NCBI GenBank assembly: GCA_025558095.1
Contig: JAIVFI010000008.1
Span: forward strand, 744,001 to 808,000
From: Hyaloraphidium curvatum SAG 235-1
Lineage: Eukaryota; Fungi; Monoblepharomycota
Reading direction: 5' to 3'
Length of the DNA stretch: 64,000 nucleotides
In this document: positions 11,696 to 22,664 of the stretch, in pieces
Layout: every line of letters starts with the position of its first letter
Position numbering within the stretch: position 1 is the first letter of the stretch
Notes under the pieces: generated by a model
What the model saw: the letters and a program-made list of their open reading frames with translations, nothing else
What the model was told of the DNA's origin: nothing
Database searches by the model: none
Made by a program: the position numbers and the translations under genes

Positions 11696-12758
11696 TCAAA
11701 AGAGCTTCAGGCCCCTGCACACCTCGTCCACCGCGGCGCCGCGCGCGGGTCCGATCGCCGCGACCGTCCTCGACCCCGCGGCGATCTGCGTCCTGCCCGC
11801 GTCCAGGATGCTCTGCCGCCGGCACGCCCGTTAGCTCCTTCCCGATCCGATCCAGAAGTGAGCGCGTGCCGCCCACCTTGGCCACAACCCCCCTCCGCTG
11901 CGCCTCGGCCATCCGCGCCAGCATCTCCGCCTCGGAATCCACCTTGAGCACGATCTTGGGGCTCCCTTCGTCCTCCCACTCTTCGAGCAGCGCGGGGTCG
12001 CTGCGGAGGAGCGACTTGTACGCCGCCAGCGCGGCGTGCGAGCACTGCGGACGCGGGATCAGCAGGCGAAGGAGCGGCGGGGGCGAGAAGGGCACCTGCG
12101 CGGCAGCCTTGCCCTTGCCCATGCCCAAGTCGGTCCGCACGATCAGCGCCATCTTGTACCCGTGCGTCTCTGCGGCCTGCTCGGCCGGTGCCGCGCCGGC
12201 CCCGGGAGCGGGATCGCCACCGGGCTCCACCCCGCTCAGTTCCACCCCTTCACCCGCAGCACCAACATTCCCGGGCTCTTTAGGCTTCCGCCTGCCCTTT
12301 TTGCCGGCGGCCTGGTTGGCCCGCGGGTCCAGGGCGCGCCGCACGGCGTCGGGGTCCGGGTCGGCCGACCGCGCGTCGCGGTACGCGATGCCGTCCGCGG
12401 CCGGGGTTGCGGCGGGGTCGGCCCGCGCATCGTCCAATTTGCGCGTGTTTGCGGGACTGGCAGGTCCGACGATCGCCTGGTGGGCGCCCCGTTCCGCCGG
12501 GTCCAGCGGCGGCAGGCCCCGCCCCGCCCACGCGACCCGCGCGTCCTCGGCCCGCTCCGCCGCCCACCGCGCCGCCCTGCCCACCAGCCGCCATGCGCGC
12601 ATGCGGCCGAGGAGGAACGCCGCGAGGAGCGCGAGCAGCGGGGACGCCGACCGCGGGCGGGCGCCGCGGGCCAGGACGGAAACAAGGAGCAGCGCGAGGG
12701 GGAGCAGGAGGGGGAATTGCGGCGGCGATGGGCGCGACGTGGGGGCGGGAGGGGGCAT
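11696..12758 (-). CDS. PTH2: Peptidyl-tRNA hydrolase 2 with N-terminal hydrophobic segments
   Basis: YKMALIVRTDLGMGKGKAAAQ|CSHAALAAY, EGSPKIVLKV, last exon SILDAGRTQIAAGSRTVAAIGP...KLF; TGA 11696-11698. Confidence 0.9.
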
Positions 12759-12908
12759 GGGGACGCGTCCGGGACGCGTCCGAATGGGAGAAGTGGTGGA
12801 GGAGCTGTGGCGAGGTGAACGGCGAACGGCAGAGGGCAGTCATCGAAGGGCCATGAATGTGCACCCGCAGCATGTTCTCGACACTTCCATCAATCTATCC
12901 ATGCTCCG

Positions 12909-14816
12909 CTAAGACATCTGCTCGACCCGCGCCGGACGCCCCGGCGCCAGGTCCCAGTACCGCCACACGGCCTCGTCAAAGTCCTCCAGCTCCAACACCG
13001 CCGTCATCGCCGTGACCCGCATCCACGCGAGCTCCAGCTCCCCCGCCGGCCCGCCGTCCACAGAATCCGCAGCATCCGTAGCCTGCCCCATCGGAGCGCC
13101 GTCCTCCTGCAACGGCGCAGGCTCGGAAGGAGGCCGATCGTGCGGCAGCAACCCGCCGCCCGAGTCCGACGTCAGCACGTCGCCGTCCGACGCAAAAGAG
13201 CCGTTGTCCCGCAGCGACGGCACCTCCGACGGCGGCGCATCGTCCTCCGCCAGCGGCTGGAACGCCGCGTCCCCGTCCTCCGCCACCGCCTCCGCATCGG
13301 CAAGCGCGGCAAGCACCTCCGCCGCCGTCGCCCCGGCGCGCCGCTCGTGCACCACCACGCCCTTGTACCCGCCCCCTTTGGGCGGGGATCGCTCCCTCGC
13401 TTCCTCCACCGCGAGCCTCCGCACGGGTTCCCTCCAAGCGTTGACCTTGTACGTCCTCTTCCCGTCCTTCCTCGTGCAGCACTCGCGGTGCTCTCCCTCC
13501 AGCCTCCCGCGGAACGCCGTCTCCGAAGGAACATCGTGCCAGAGGAACGAGTATAAATCCCACAGCGCCTCCAGGGGCAGGATGGTGCACGGCCGGACGA
13601 GCCCGTGCAGCCGGTCGCGGAAGCTCGGGAACGACGCGAGCTCCGAAGCTGCGCGGCGCATGCCGAGGAGGGTGATCGGCGGGCCACCGGGGGCGCCGCG
13701 GACGTCGGCGGTGAGGAGGGGGATGCCGTGCCGCCGGGAGATGTGGCGCGCGGCGGCCTGAAGGCTGGGGTCGGGGAGGTGCTCGAGGAGCCTGGGGCGG
13801 GCGTCGTACCCCTGCTGCGCACTGAAGGCGCCGAAGACATCCGAGGCGCGGATGAAGAGGTGCTCCGAGACGAGCTTGGCGAGGCCGAGGGCGATCGCGC
13901 GGATGTCCTCGTCCGCGGCCGGGTCGAGGCCCGATTCCGGCGGCGGAGGGCTCGGCTCGCGGCGCGACGGCGGCGTGGGTGTCCGTTCGCGCCGGCGGTC
14001 CCTGCCCGGGGGCGTCCGTTCCCTTCGGCGTTCCCTCTCGGGGGGCGTCCGTTCCCGCGCGCGCTCCGCGCTCGGCGCGCCCTCCCGCCGTCCGTCGGCG
14101 ATCCGCGGCTCCGGGGCCGGCAGCGCAACGCGCAGCCCGCCGGGATTGATCAGCCATTCCGCAGCGCCGCCGACGTCCTTCCACCGGCAGCACGACGAGT
14201 GCTCCCTGCCCATCGCTTCCCCGAACGCGGCGACGCCGGGGAACGACCCCGGGAAGAAGTGCGCGTGCAGTTCGTAGAGAGCCGCGGTGGTCAGGACCGT
14301 TTTGGGGTAGGTCAGGAGGTGCACCTGGTCCCGGAACGACGAGACGGCGGCCTCCTCCGGGCGCACGGGCCGCGTGATGAACACGTCGTCCGGGTCGTTG
14401 CTACAGCCCCCCAGGTGCAGCATCCTGACACCGCCGGGGAACGTGCGCTCCAGCACCAGCAGAAAGTCGTTGAGCATGTGCTTGTGCTGGCGCCCGACGC
14501 CCGAGACGGCGCCCCGGAAGTCGAGCAGGCCGTACCGCGCCTTGTAGACGCCCAGCACGTTGCGCAGCTTGAGCGCCAGGTGGTCGGAAAGCAGCGAGAG
14601 CAGGTTGTCGTGCATCTCCCTGAGGTGCGCGGCGCCCCGCGGGGGCACGGACGGCCTGCTCCGGGGGTCGTCGCCGCGCCGGCGGTCCCGCGGGGTCGGC
14701 GAGCGCGAGCGCGAGGCGGAGCGCGGGCGCTTGCCGGAATGCCGGCGCGCGGGTGCGGGAGAGGGCGAGCGCGATCGCCTGCGCGGCGGAGGCGTCGGGT
14801 CCGGCGGTCCCGACAT
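12909..14816 (-). CDS. Uncharacterised protein with two LOTUS/OST-HTH-like + HxxCC modules and RS/RP-rich linkers
   Basis: Intronless frame from MSGPPDPTPPP; internal duplication (FRDQVH...EHSSCC and FRDRLH...EHRECC); homologous to 17598-19284 and 19449-22140. Confidence 0.75.
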   Translation of the reverse strand: MSGPPDPTPPPRRRSRSPSPAPARRHSGKRPRSASRSRSPTPRDRRRGDDPRSRPSVPPRGAAHLREMHDNLLSLLSDHLALKLRNVLGVYKARYGLLDFRGAVSGVGRQHKHMLNDFLLVLERTFPGGVRMLHLGGCSNDPDDVFITRPVRPEEAAVSSFRDQVHLLTYPKTVLTTAALYELHAHFFPGSFPGVAAFGEAMGREHSSCCRWKDVGGAAEWLINPGGLRVALPAPEPRIADGRREGAPSAERARERTPPERERRRERTPPGRDRRRERTPTPPSRREPSPPPPESGLDPAADEDIRAIALGLAKLVSEHLFIRASDVFGAFSAQQGYDARPRLLEHLPDPSLQAAARHISRRHGIPLLTADVRGAPGGPPITLLGMRRAASELASFPSFRDRLHGLVRPCTILPLEALWDLYSFLWHDVPSETAFRGRLEGEHRECCTRKDGKRTYKVNAWREPVRRLAVEEARERSPPKGGGYKGVVVHERRAGATAAEVLAALADAEAVAEDGDAAFQPLAEDDAPPSEVPSLRDNGSFASDGDVLTSDSGGGLLPHDRPPSEPAPLQEDGAPMGQATDAADSVDGGPAGELELAWMRVTAMTAVLELEDFDEAVWRYWDLAPGRPARVEQMS

Positions 14817-15540
14817 GCCTGCCGGGTGCCGAAAGGAAAGGTCGGAGCTCGGGCCACCCACGCCTCCCGCCCTTAAGAGCGGGCCCTCAAGGCGCTGCAG
14901 GTGCGGAAGGCGGCGGCAGGGCATTTTCCCGATCAGCCCGGGCCTAACATCGCGGCCTGGCGCGGCTGCGGCTCCTCCGGGTGCTGAATCCGTCGCGACG
15001 AGCTGGCGGTCCGGTCCCTTTCCGGACGTCCGAATCAGAGCCGCACGGCCCGGAAAAAGGATGAATGGCACAGCGACGTTGGAAGCAAGACCGGTAGGAC
15101 GGCTCTCAGCCCGCCTTGTCGGTTTGCGGAGTTGTGGAGTTTGGCGATGGGCGCCGCAAAGGCTGCTGCATCCCGCGGAACACGCCCATACGGCTTGGCA
15201 CCGAGGCTGGCGGCAACCATCTCTCGGATCGTCGGACCTTCGAATTTGCGGATGCATGCAACGGTATCTTGAGCTGCTGCCTTTTGGCCGCTGCCGGCTC
15301 ACCCACTGGCCCACGAGCATGTTGCCCCTCAGTCAACGGCGCCTGCGTAGCACGAATCCATCCCGTCCCGGCCATCATCGGTCACTTTACCTACCATGGC
15401 TCAGTGAAGCCTCTGTAGATGCTGGGTGGAGCTCCTTCCTCTTCACCTCGCATCCGGGTGGTCTTCGGCGGCAAACTGAAGTGCCGCGGTGCCGCATAGG
15501 ACCGCCGACCGCAAAAGCGTCTCCCCCCATCCCCGCCGAA

Positions 15541-17215
15541 ATGCGGCGCCGCAGCGTGGTCCCACCGCCGCCATCGGACCTGACCGGGGACATGGAGCTC
15601 ATCGCGGCGCCCCGCCCGTCGGCGGCGTCGCTGCAGGGCGAGCCGGCGGACTCGAGCGACTCGGACTCGACCCACGCTCCCGGCGCGGATCCGGCCGATG
15701 TGGACGCCGTCGGAGGGGGGAAAGATGGGAAGGATGTGGCGGCTGCCGGTTTTTCCGAGGACGTGGCGGTGGAAGACGAGGGAGAGGCCACAGGGCCGGC
15801 AAATCCCACCGTCTCTGCCGCCTTTGACCCGGGACCGCCGCCAGACGGTAAATGGCTGCCTTCTCGAACGATTTTATGATGTGCTTATCTATCTTCCCTC
15901 TCTTTCTCTTTCCTCATGGGCACCAGGCGGATACGGATGGGTCATCGTCGCCGGAGCCTTCGCTATCCACCTCTTTGTCTTTGCTCCACAATACGCGTAC
16001 GGGGTCTACTCGCGCTACTATTACGAGTCGCAGATGTACCCGGGCGTCTCCCTGACGACCATCACCTTTGTCGGCGCCGTCGCGGCGGCCGGGTGCCCCG
16101 CCTTCGGCCCCATCTCGGGCCGGCTGTCGGACCTGTACGGCCCGCGGCCCGTGTGCTTCGTGGGGGGTTGCATCGTCGGGATCGCGTTCATCCTGGCCTC
16201 GTTTTCGACCCAGATTTGGATGCTGTTCCTGACCCAGGGTTTCCTGTACGGACTCGGCCAGAGCTTGGCCTACTTTCCATATATAGGCACCCTTCCGACG
16301 TGGTTCGGTGCCAAACGTGGCCTGGCCGTCGGGCTGGCGGTTTCCGGGACCGGGATCGGAGGATTTGCCTTCGGACCGCTTACCAACCTCATGATCACCA
16401 ACCTGTCGGTGCAGTGGTCCCTGCGGATCACGGGGATGATCATCTTTGCCATGGTTTCGATCTCGGCGTTCGTGCTGCGCTCGAGGTACAAGCCGATTCG
16501 GCGCAAGAGCGTCATGGCGGGGGCAACAAAGGCGACCAAGCCCAAGCTGATCGATTTCAGCTTCTTCAAGAACCGGCACTTCAGCATGATGTGGGCCGTG
16601 AGTACTGCGGCCGTCCTGCAGGCGATGCGATCGAGTTGGCTCACCCGTCGCGTCCAGGTCCAACTCACCGGCTTCTTCGGCTTCTTCTCCCCCTACCTCT
16701 TCCTCAGCACCTACGCCGCGTCCGTGGGCCTGTCCCAGTCGCAGGGTGCGCTCATCGTCGGCCTCACCAACTTGGGCTCCACCCTCGGCCGGGTCATCGT
16801 CGGCTTCGGCTCGGATCGCCTGGGGCCCTTCAACTCCTTCAGCCTCTGTATCTTCCTCTCGGGCCTGTCGATGATGCTGATCTGGCCCTTTTCTCGGAGC
16901 CTGGGAGCCCTCATCTTCTTCGGAATGTTCTACGCGTTTTTCAGCGGCGGCTTCGTCTCGCTGCAGCCCTCGTGCCTTTCGGCGATCATCGGCCTCCAGG
17001 CCATGGCCTCCGCGATCGGCCTGCTGTACTTTGCCGGGACCGCGGCCAACCTCGCCGGGCCGCCGCTGTCGGGCGCGCTCATCACGAACCCCAATGAGCC
17101 CTCGGGCTATATTCCAATGATGATGTTCGGGGGCGCGTTCATGCTGCTGTCGGGCTCGATCATGCTCTTTCTGAGGATGGAACGGGCAAAGTGGAAGATG
17201 TGGGTTCGCGTGTAG
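15541..17215 (+). CDS. MFS monocarboxylate-permease (MCT/Mch) family transporter
   Basis: PPPD|GGYGWVIV motif after splicing (intron ~15848-15926), GRLSDLYGPRPV, WFGAKRGLAVGLAVSGTGIGG, ~12 hydrophobic segments. Start could instead be ~15592. Confidence 0.9.
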
Positions 17216-17597
17216 GCTGCGAGCCGAAGGAAGGAAGCATCCATATCCGATTTCATCGAGACCGTGACTGAACCCGCCAGGTTACCCGTTTGGGGACCTG
17301 CTGATGCTACCGCGTAAACAACAACAACTCCGCGGCGAGGGGGCCTCTAAACCGGTCCACTGAGCTTCCTTCCATCATCGTTGCGTCCATACGTTCATTT
17401 GCTGGGCCGGCCAGCTCCGTCGATCTCCGATTCGGTCGTTCCACGACCCCCGCATCTGTTCGCACCCGAAGGACATATAGCCGGCAGTGCGCGACGCAAT
17501 TGCCCCTGGGCTCAGTGCTTCATTGCTTTGCGGACGTGCTCCGGCTAACATCGCCCAATGGACCGCTTTGGAGGGCGGTAGCAGCGGTGGTTCGACC

Positions 17598-19284
17598 AAC
17601 CTCCTGGGCGTGTACAAGAAGCGCTTCGGCCTGCTCGACTTCCGCGCGGCCGTCGCCGGCGAGAAGCGTCGGCACAAGCACCTGCTCGCCAACTTTTTCC
17701 TGCTACTGGAACGCACCTTTCCCGGCGGCGTGAGGTTGTTGTACCTGCGGGGCTGCAGCGAGGACGCGGACGACGTCTTGGTGACGCGCCCCCTGCGCCC
17801 TGAGGAGACCACCGTCACCTCTTTCCGGGACCAGATGCACCTATTGATCTACCCGAAAACGGTGCTGACCACACCCGCTCTTTACGAACTGCACGCGCAC
17901 TTCTTCCCGGGGTCTTTTCCCGGCGTCGCCGCGTTTGGGGAGGCCATGGGGAGGGATCATGCGTCGTGCTGTCGGTGGCAGGATGTCGGCGGCGCTACGG
18001 AATGGCTGATCAATCATGGCTCTCTGCGCGCGACTGTGCCTGCCGCGGAGTCACGGATCGCGGAGGGACGACGGGACGATGCCGAGCCGTGCAGCGAACT
18101 CGCGGGAACGGACGCCCCCGCCGGGGGAGCGTGGGCGGGAGCGAACGCCCCCCAAAAGAGAGCGCCGGCGGGAACAGTCGCTGCTCCCGCGCAAGGAGCG
18201 CCGGCGGGAAGGGACACCGACGCCGCGTTCGCGCCTTGGGGAAGGCCTCCCGACCTTGGAAAGATCCGTGGGTGCGTCCGCGGACGAGGACATCCGGCTC
18301 ATCGGCTTAGGCCTTGTCTCGCTCGTCACGGAGTTCCTATTCATCCGGGCCTCGGACGTCTTCGGCGCGTTTGGCGCCCTGCAGAGATACGACCCCCGCC
18401 CAATCCTCCTCCGGCGCCTTCCCGACGCGGGCGTGCACACCGTCGCCCGCCACTTTTCCGAGCGGTATGGTCTCCCCCTTGTCACCGCCGACGTCCGCGG
18501 CCCCGATAAGGGCGAGCCGCTCACCTTCCTCGCGATGCGACGCCAGCCAGAGGAACTGGCCTCGTTCCCGAGCTTCCGCGATAGGCTGCACGCCCTCGTG
18601 CGGCCATGCACCATCCTGGCGCTGGAGACGCTGTGGGACCTGTATTCCGTCTTGTGGCACGACGTGCCCTCCGAGGCCGCGTTCCGAGAAAGGCTGGACG
18701 GGGAGCACCGCGGATGCTGCACAAGAAAGGCGGGGAAGAGCACGTACAAGGTCAACTCCCGTAGGGAGCCCGTTCGGAGACTCGCGGCGGAGGAAGCTAG
18801 GGAGCGGTCCCCGCCGAGGAGAGGTGGTTACAAGGGTGTTGTTGTGCATGAGCGGCAGGACGGAGCGTCCGCGATGGCGGTGCTCGTTGCGGGTGCCGAC
18901 TTGGACGTGGGGCCTGCGGCGCCGCAGAACCAGGACACGCTTCTGAAGGAGGATGTGCTTTCGTTGGAGATGCCCTCGCTAGGGGACAACGACTCTTTCG
19001 CATCGGAGGGTGATGGGCAGATGTCGGAGTCGGGCGGCGGCTCAGCGTCGGACGATCGCCCGCCTCCCGAGCCTGTGCCATTGCAGGAGGACGACGTTTT
19101 CTTCGAATCGGATGCCGCTGCAACGGATGGTGTGGACGGCGGGCTGTCGGCCGAGCTGGAGCTCGCGTGGCTGCGGGTCAGGGCGATGCCGGGGGCGCTG
19201 GTCCTCGAGGACTTTAACGAGGCCGTTTGGAGATACTGGGACCTGGCGCCGGGGGATGCGGTACTGGTCCAGCAGAGGATTTAG
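17598..19284 (+). pseudogene. 5'-truncated, frameshifted inverted paralog of the 12909-14816 gene
   Basis: Homology starts abruptly at NLLGVYKKRFGLLDF with no in-frame ATG upstream; one extra nt relative to the paralog near 18075-18100 splits it into ORFs 17487..18509 and 18016..19284. Confidence 0.65.
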
Positions 19285-19448
19285 CGCTCCATCGACGGAT
19301 TGATCGAACTAGCGAGAACAATGCTCGCCTGCATACTCGTGGTCGGCCGTGCTTCCAGATCATGCATTTGAACCATTGAGGGTGCCGAAGATGGCACGAA
19401 AAAGCTACTACAACGTGCTGTCAAACAGACCATGCCCATGCCAAAGAC

Positions 19449-22140
19449 CTACAATCCATGCAACAATTGTTCAAATTCCTCCAGGTGAACAGCCGGCCCC
19501 GTGATGTGGGCCAAAAGCCACATCCTCCCCAGGTCCATGGCATGTGCGCTCGACGTGTCCGGCGGGGCGGTCCAGCCGCACGGCGTCAGCAAGTACGGCG
19601 GCACAGCCTCGATCAGGTCCACCTCCACGACCGGCGAGAGCGAGCCGGCCCCCATGACCAGGGTCGGAGACGCTTCTCTTGGGCCCTGCGGGGGCGGCGA
19701 TCGCACGGCCTGCAGGGTGATCGCCGAGCCCGAATGCGTGCTCTCCTGCCCCGGCGACATGCCGCCGGGAGGGCCCATGATCCCGTTCTCGCGCGAGATG
19801 GTGCCGCTCCCAGCCCGTTCTTGCACCGAGATCCGCGCCCGCTCGTGTACTGTGATCTGGCTGCGTTCGTGCACCGAGATCTTCTGCTGGCCGACCGGGG
19901 ACAGCTCGCGCGACCGAGCCGAGGAATCTCTCCGCGGAGGCGATTGCCGCGGGGGGGAGTGCCGCGGCGGGGAATGGTTCGGCGTCGCTGCAGCGCTCTC
20001 CCGCCGGCGAGGCGGTGCTGCCGCTGCCCTGGGCGGGGGGGAATCCCGCGGCGTCGACACCCTCGACGAGTTGCGTTCATGCCGACCAGCAGCTGCTGCC
20101 GAGCTCCGATCCAAAGAGTCGCGCGACGGGGCCGGGGCGACCCGCACTAGCGCGCGTCGCGGAACTGGGCCCTCCGGGCCGTCGAGGTAGCTCTTCCAGT
20201 CCTTGCCCCGGATCCTCATCTCCCGCTTCGAGGCAAGGCAGCAATCCCTGTGCTCGCGCTCGAGAGCCGCGAGGAAGCGCGGTTCGTCCTCTTCCTCCAG
20301 CTCCTTCGGCCACAGCTGCTTGTAGAGCCGCATGATAACCGTAAGCGGCATTGTCGTGCCGCGCGGCAGGATGCGGTGGATCCTCTCGATGGGCGACAAG
20401 CCGGGGTCCACGGGGCCCTCGCCGTAGATTCGGCGAACCAAGACGTGGTGCTTCTGCACCTCGCCTTTGGGAGGGACGAAGACGACGGATATCTTGCCGG
20501 GGTGGCGCAGGCTGAGCTGCTTCAGGTACGACATGGGGTACTTGACGGAAATGTCAAAGACGTCCAGGTCGAGCGGTTCTGCCGGGCAACAAAATGTTAG
20601 CCGCAAGCACCAGGCGGCGAAAGGTAACTCGTGACGACGCACCGCCAAGCTCCTGCTCGTAGACGTCCTTGAAGCTGTCCTCGTCCAGGAAGTAGGTCTG
20701 GTCAAAAAGCTTGAGGACGTTCTGGAGCCGCAGCAGCACTTCGGCCTCCGAGATGCGGAACTTCGGAAGACGCGGGTCCAGCGCCTTCTCCAGCATTACC
20801 TTCCTCTCCGACTCGAGCGTGCTCTCGGCGGCCATGGCGGTTACGCCCGTGTCCACGACGATCTCCTTCTCGCGGCCTTCGACGTTGACGAGCCACGTCT
20901 TGCCCTCGTTCACGAGCCTGCAGCACCGGCTGTGTTCCTGCTCCATTTGCCAACGAAAGTCCGAGATGCCGCCCTTGATCTGATTCTGCCACAGCCTGCA
21001 GTAAAGCTCCCAGAGGCTCTCGACCGTAGCGTCCGTCCGCGGCGGCACGAGCGCGTGGACCTGGTCCACAAAGGTGGCCAGGTCGATCTCCTGGGTTGTG
21101 AAGTCCCGACCAACAAAGGAGATCACGGCGCCGTTTGCCACGTTTCGGGGGGCTCTCGGATCGTTCGTTACCGTGACGACCTTGATGCCGCCCGGGAACG
21201 TCGCGCCGAAGTGCTCCATCAAATTGCCAAGGTGCGGGTTCGGCATGAACGACAGCATCGACTTGTAGTCCAGGAAGCCGAAGTGCCTCTTGTACACCGG
21301 TAGGAGGTCCTTCAGCTTCAGAAAACAGTATCGGGCCATGATGGCCCAGACGTTGTCGTAGACCTTGCGGAGTTCCGGGCTGCGGCAGACTTCGGGCCGG
21401 GGTTGGAAAAGCGGAGGCGAGCGTGATCGAGAGCGCATCCGCTTCGGTGGTGCTCGGTCCCGCGATTCAGAGCGGCTACCCGGAGGGGACCTGGAGCGCC
21501 TCCGCTTGCGAACGGTCTGCTCCGGCTCCTCTCCTCGCTGATCCCGCTGAGGTCCGTAAGCATAGCCACCTGGTGCCGCGCTGCTGTAGTCCCAAGTATG
21601 CAAGGGCGGCGATCGCTCCCTTTCGGCTTGGAGGGAAAGATTGACCTTCCACGAGTCGTTCCCGGCACGTTGGCAGCACTTCGCATGCCAGCGATTCATC
21701 CGGTCCGCAAAGTAGCCCGCGTCGCGCTTGTCTTCAGGAAAAGCTTCCTCGTACAGGTCTTGCAACGTATCCAACGTGATGAGCGTTCCGGGAGGTAAGA
21801 GAACGTGCAGCCGCTCCTGGAAATTCTCTAGAGCGCGCTCCTCGCGATAGGGACCCCGCCCCAGAAACGTCCGACTGCCATTATTCTGGCCTCTAACGGT
21901 GACAAGACGCAAACCGCCGGGAAAATTGGCCGTGTACTTCTGGAAATGGCTCAGGAGGTTGGAGAGCGTCGCCCTGTTGTACACTCCTTCGAGGAGCCTA
22001 GGAATGTCCAGCGGGCCGAACTTGTCGCGATAGATGGGAACCACGGCCTCGACAGACAAGAAAACATGGTCCTTCAGCATCCTGAGGAGATTTGCGTTTA
22101 CCTCCACCATTGTAGGCGCCCGGGTCGACAGTTGAGCCAT
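19449..22140 (-). CDS. Uncharacterised protein with three LOTUS/OST-HTH-like + HxxCC modules (one intron ~20580-20642)
   Basis: ORFs 20554..22152 and 19449..20705 join at YEQELG|EPLDLDV; modules end in HAKCC, EHSRCC and EHRDCC; RSRS/SPPR-rich linkers. Confidence 0.8.
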
Positions 22141-22141
22141 G

Positions 22142-22323
22142 TCGAGCTCCAACCGCCGTTGCGCGACACCGACAGAGCTCAGGTGACGGCCAGACGAGCT
22201 CCGGCGTGAAAAGAATCGGGAGCGCCCCGCAATCGAGCTCCGACCGCCGTTGCACGACTCCGACCGAGCTCAGGTGACCAAGAGACGCGGTCCGCCGTGA
22301 GTTAAATCAGGAGGGCCCCGCAA
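22142..22323. repeat. Imperfect ~91-bp direct tandem repeat (2 copies) immediately upstream of the ATG at 22140
   Basis: tcgagctcc(a/g)accgccgttgc...gagctcaggtgac...gccccgcaa at ~22142-22232 and ~22233-22323. Confidence 0.85.
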
Positions 22324-22664
22324 CACACGACTGGACGCGTGAAACGCGGTCGACAGGCGGGACGCGGGGTGCGCAACGGGACGGTTGTCAATGCGCGGCT
22401 TCCGCCGGCGGGCGCGGCGGCAGCGGCCCCGCAGTCATCGGCAAATTCATGCAGATCGCATTCCCGCGGCCCAGAAGGTGTCGTGTCCTCCGCCCGGATC
22501 CGGCCGACGGACCTATCGGCTGCGGTTCGCGGTGGAGGCTGGAGAGCCGCTCACTCGGGGGCTCGCGGCGACGCCTGCGCCGCACGATCAAACTAGGCAA
22601 CCGTTCTCCGCCCGATTCATTCGCCCCTCGTGAACCGGGAGGCCGATTCCGTGCCCTCGGCACG

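Noticed and set aside
14817-15320. N-terminal extension of the 803-aa ORF
   Set aside because: Non-ATG start and promoter-like position between divergent genes; ATG 14816 preferred.
12860-19340. Inverted duplication considered as a composite transposon carrying the MFS gene
   Set aside because: Arms are diverged gene copies; no transposase, terminal repeats or target-site duplication seen.
22142-22323. Tandem repeat considered as a CRISPR array or LTR
   Set aside because: Only two abutting imperfect copies, no spacers, no cas or transposon genes, eukaryotic context.
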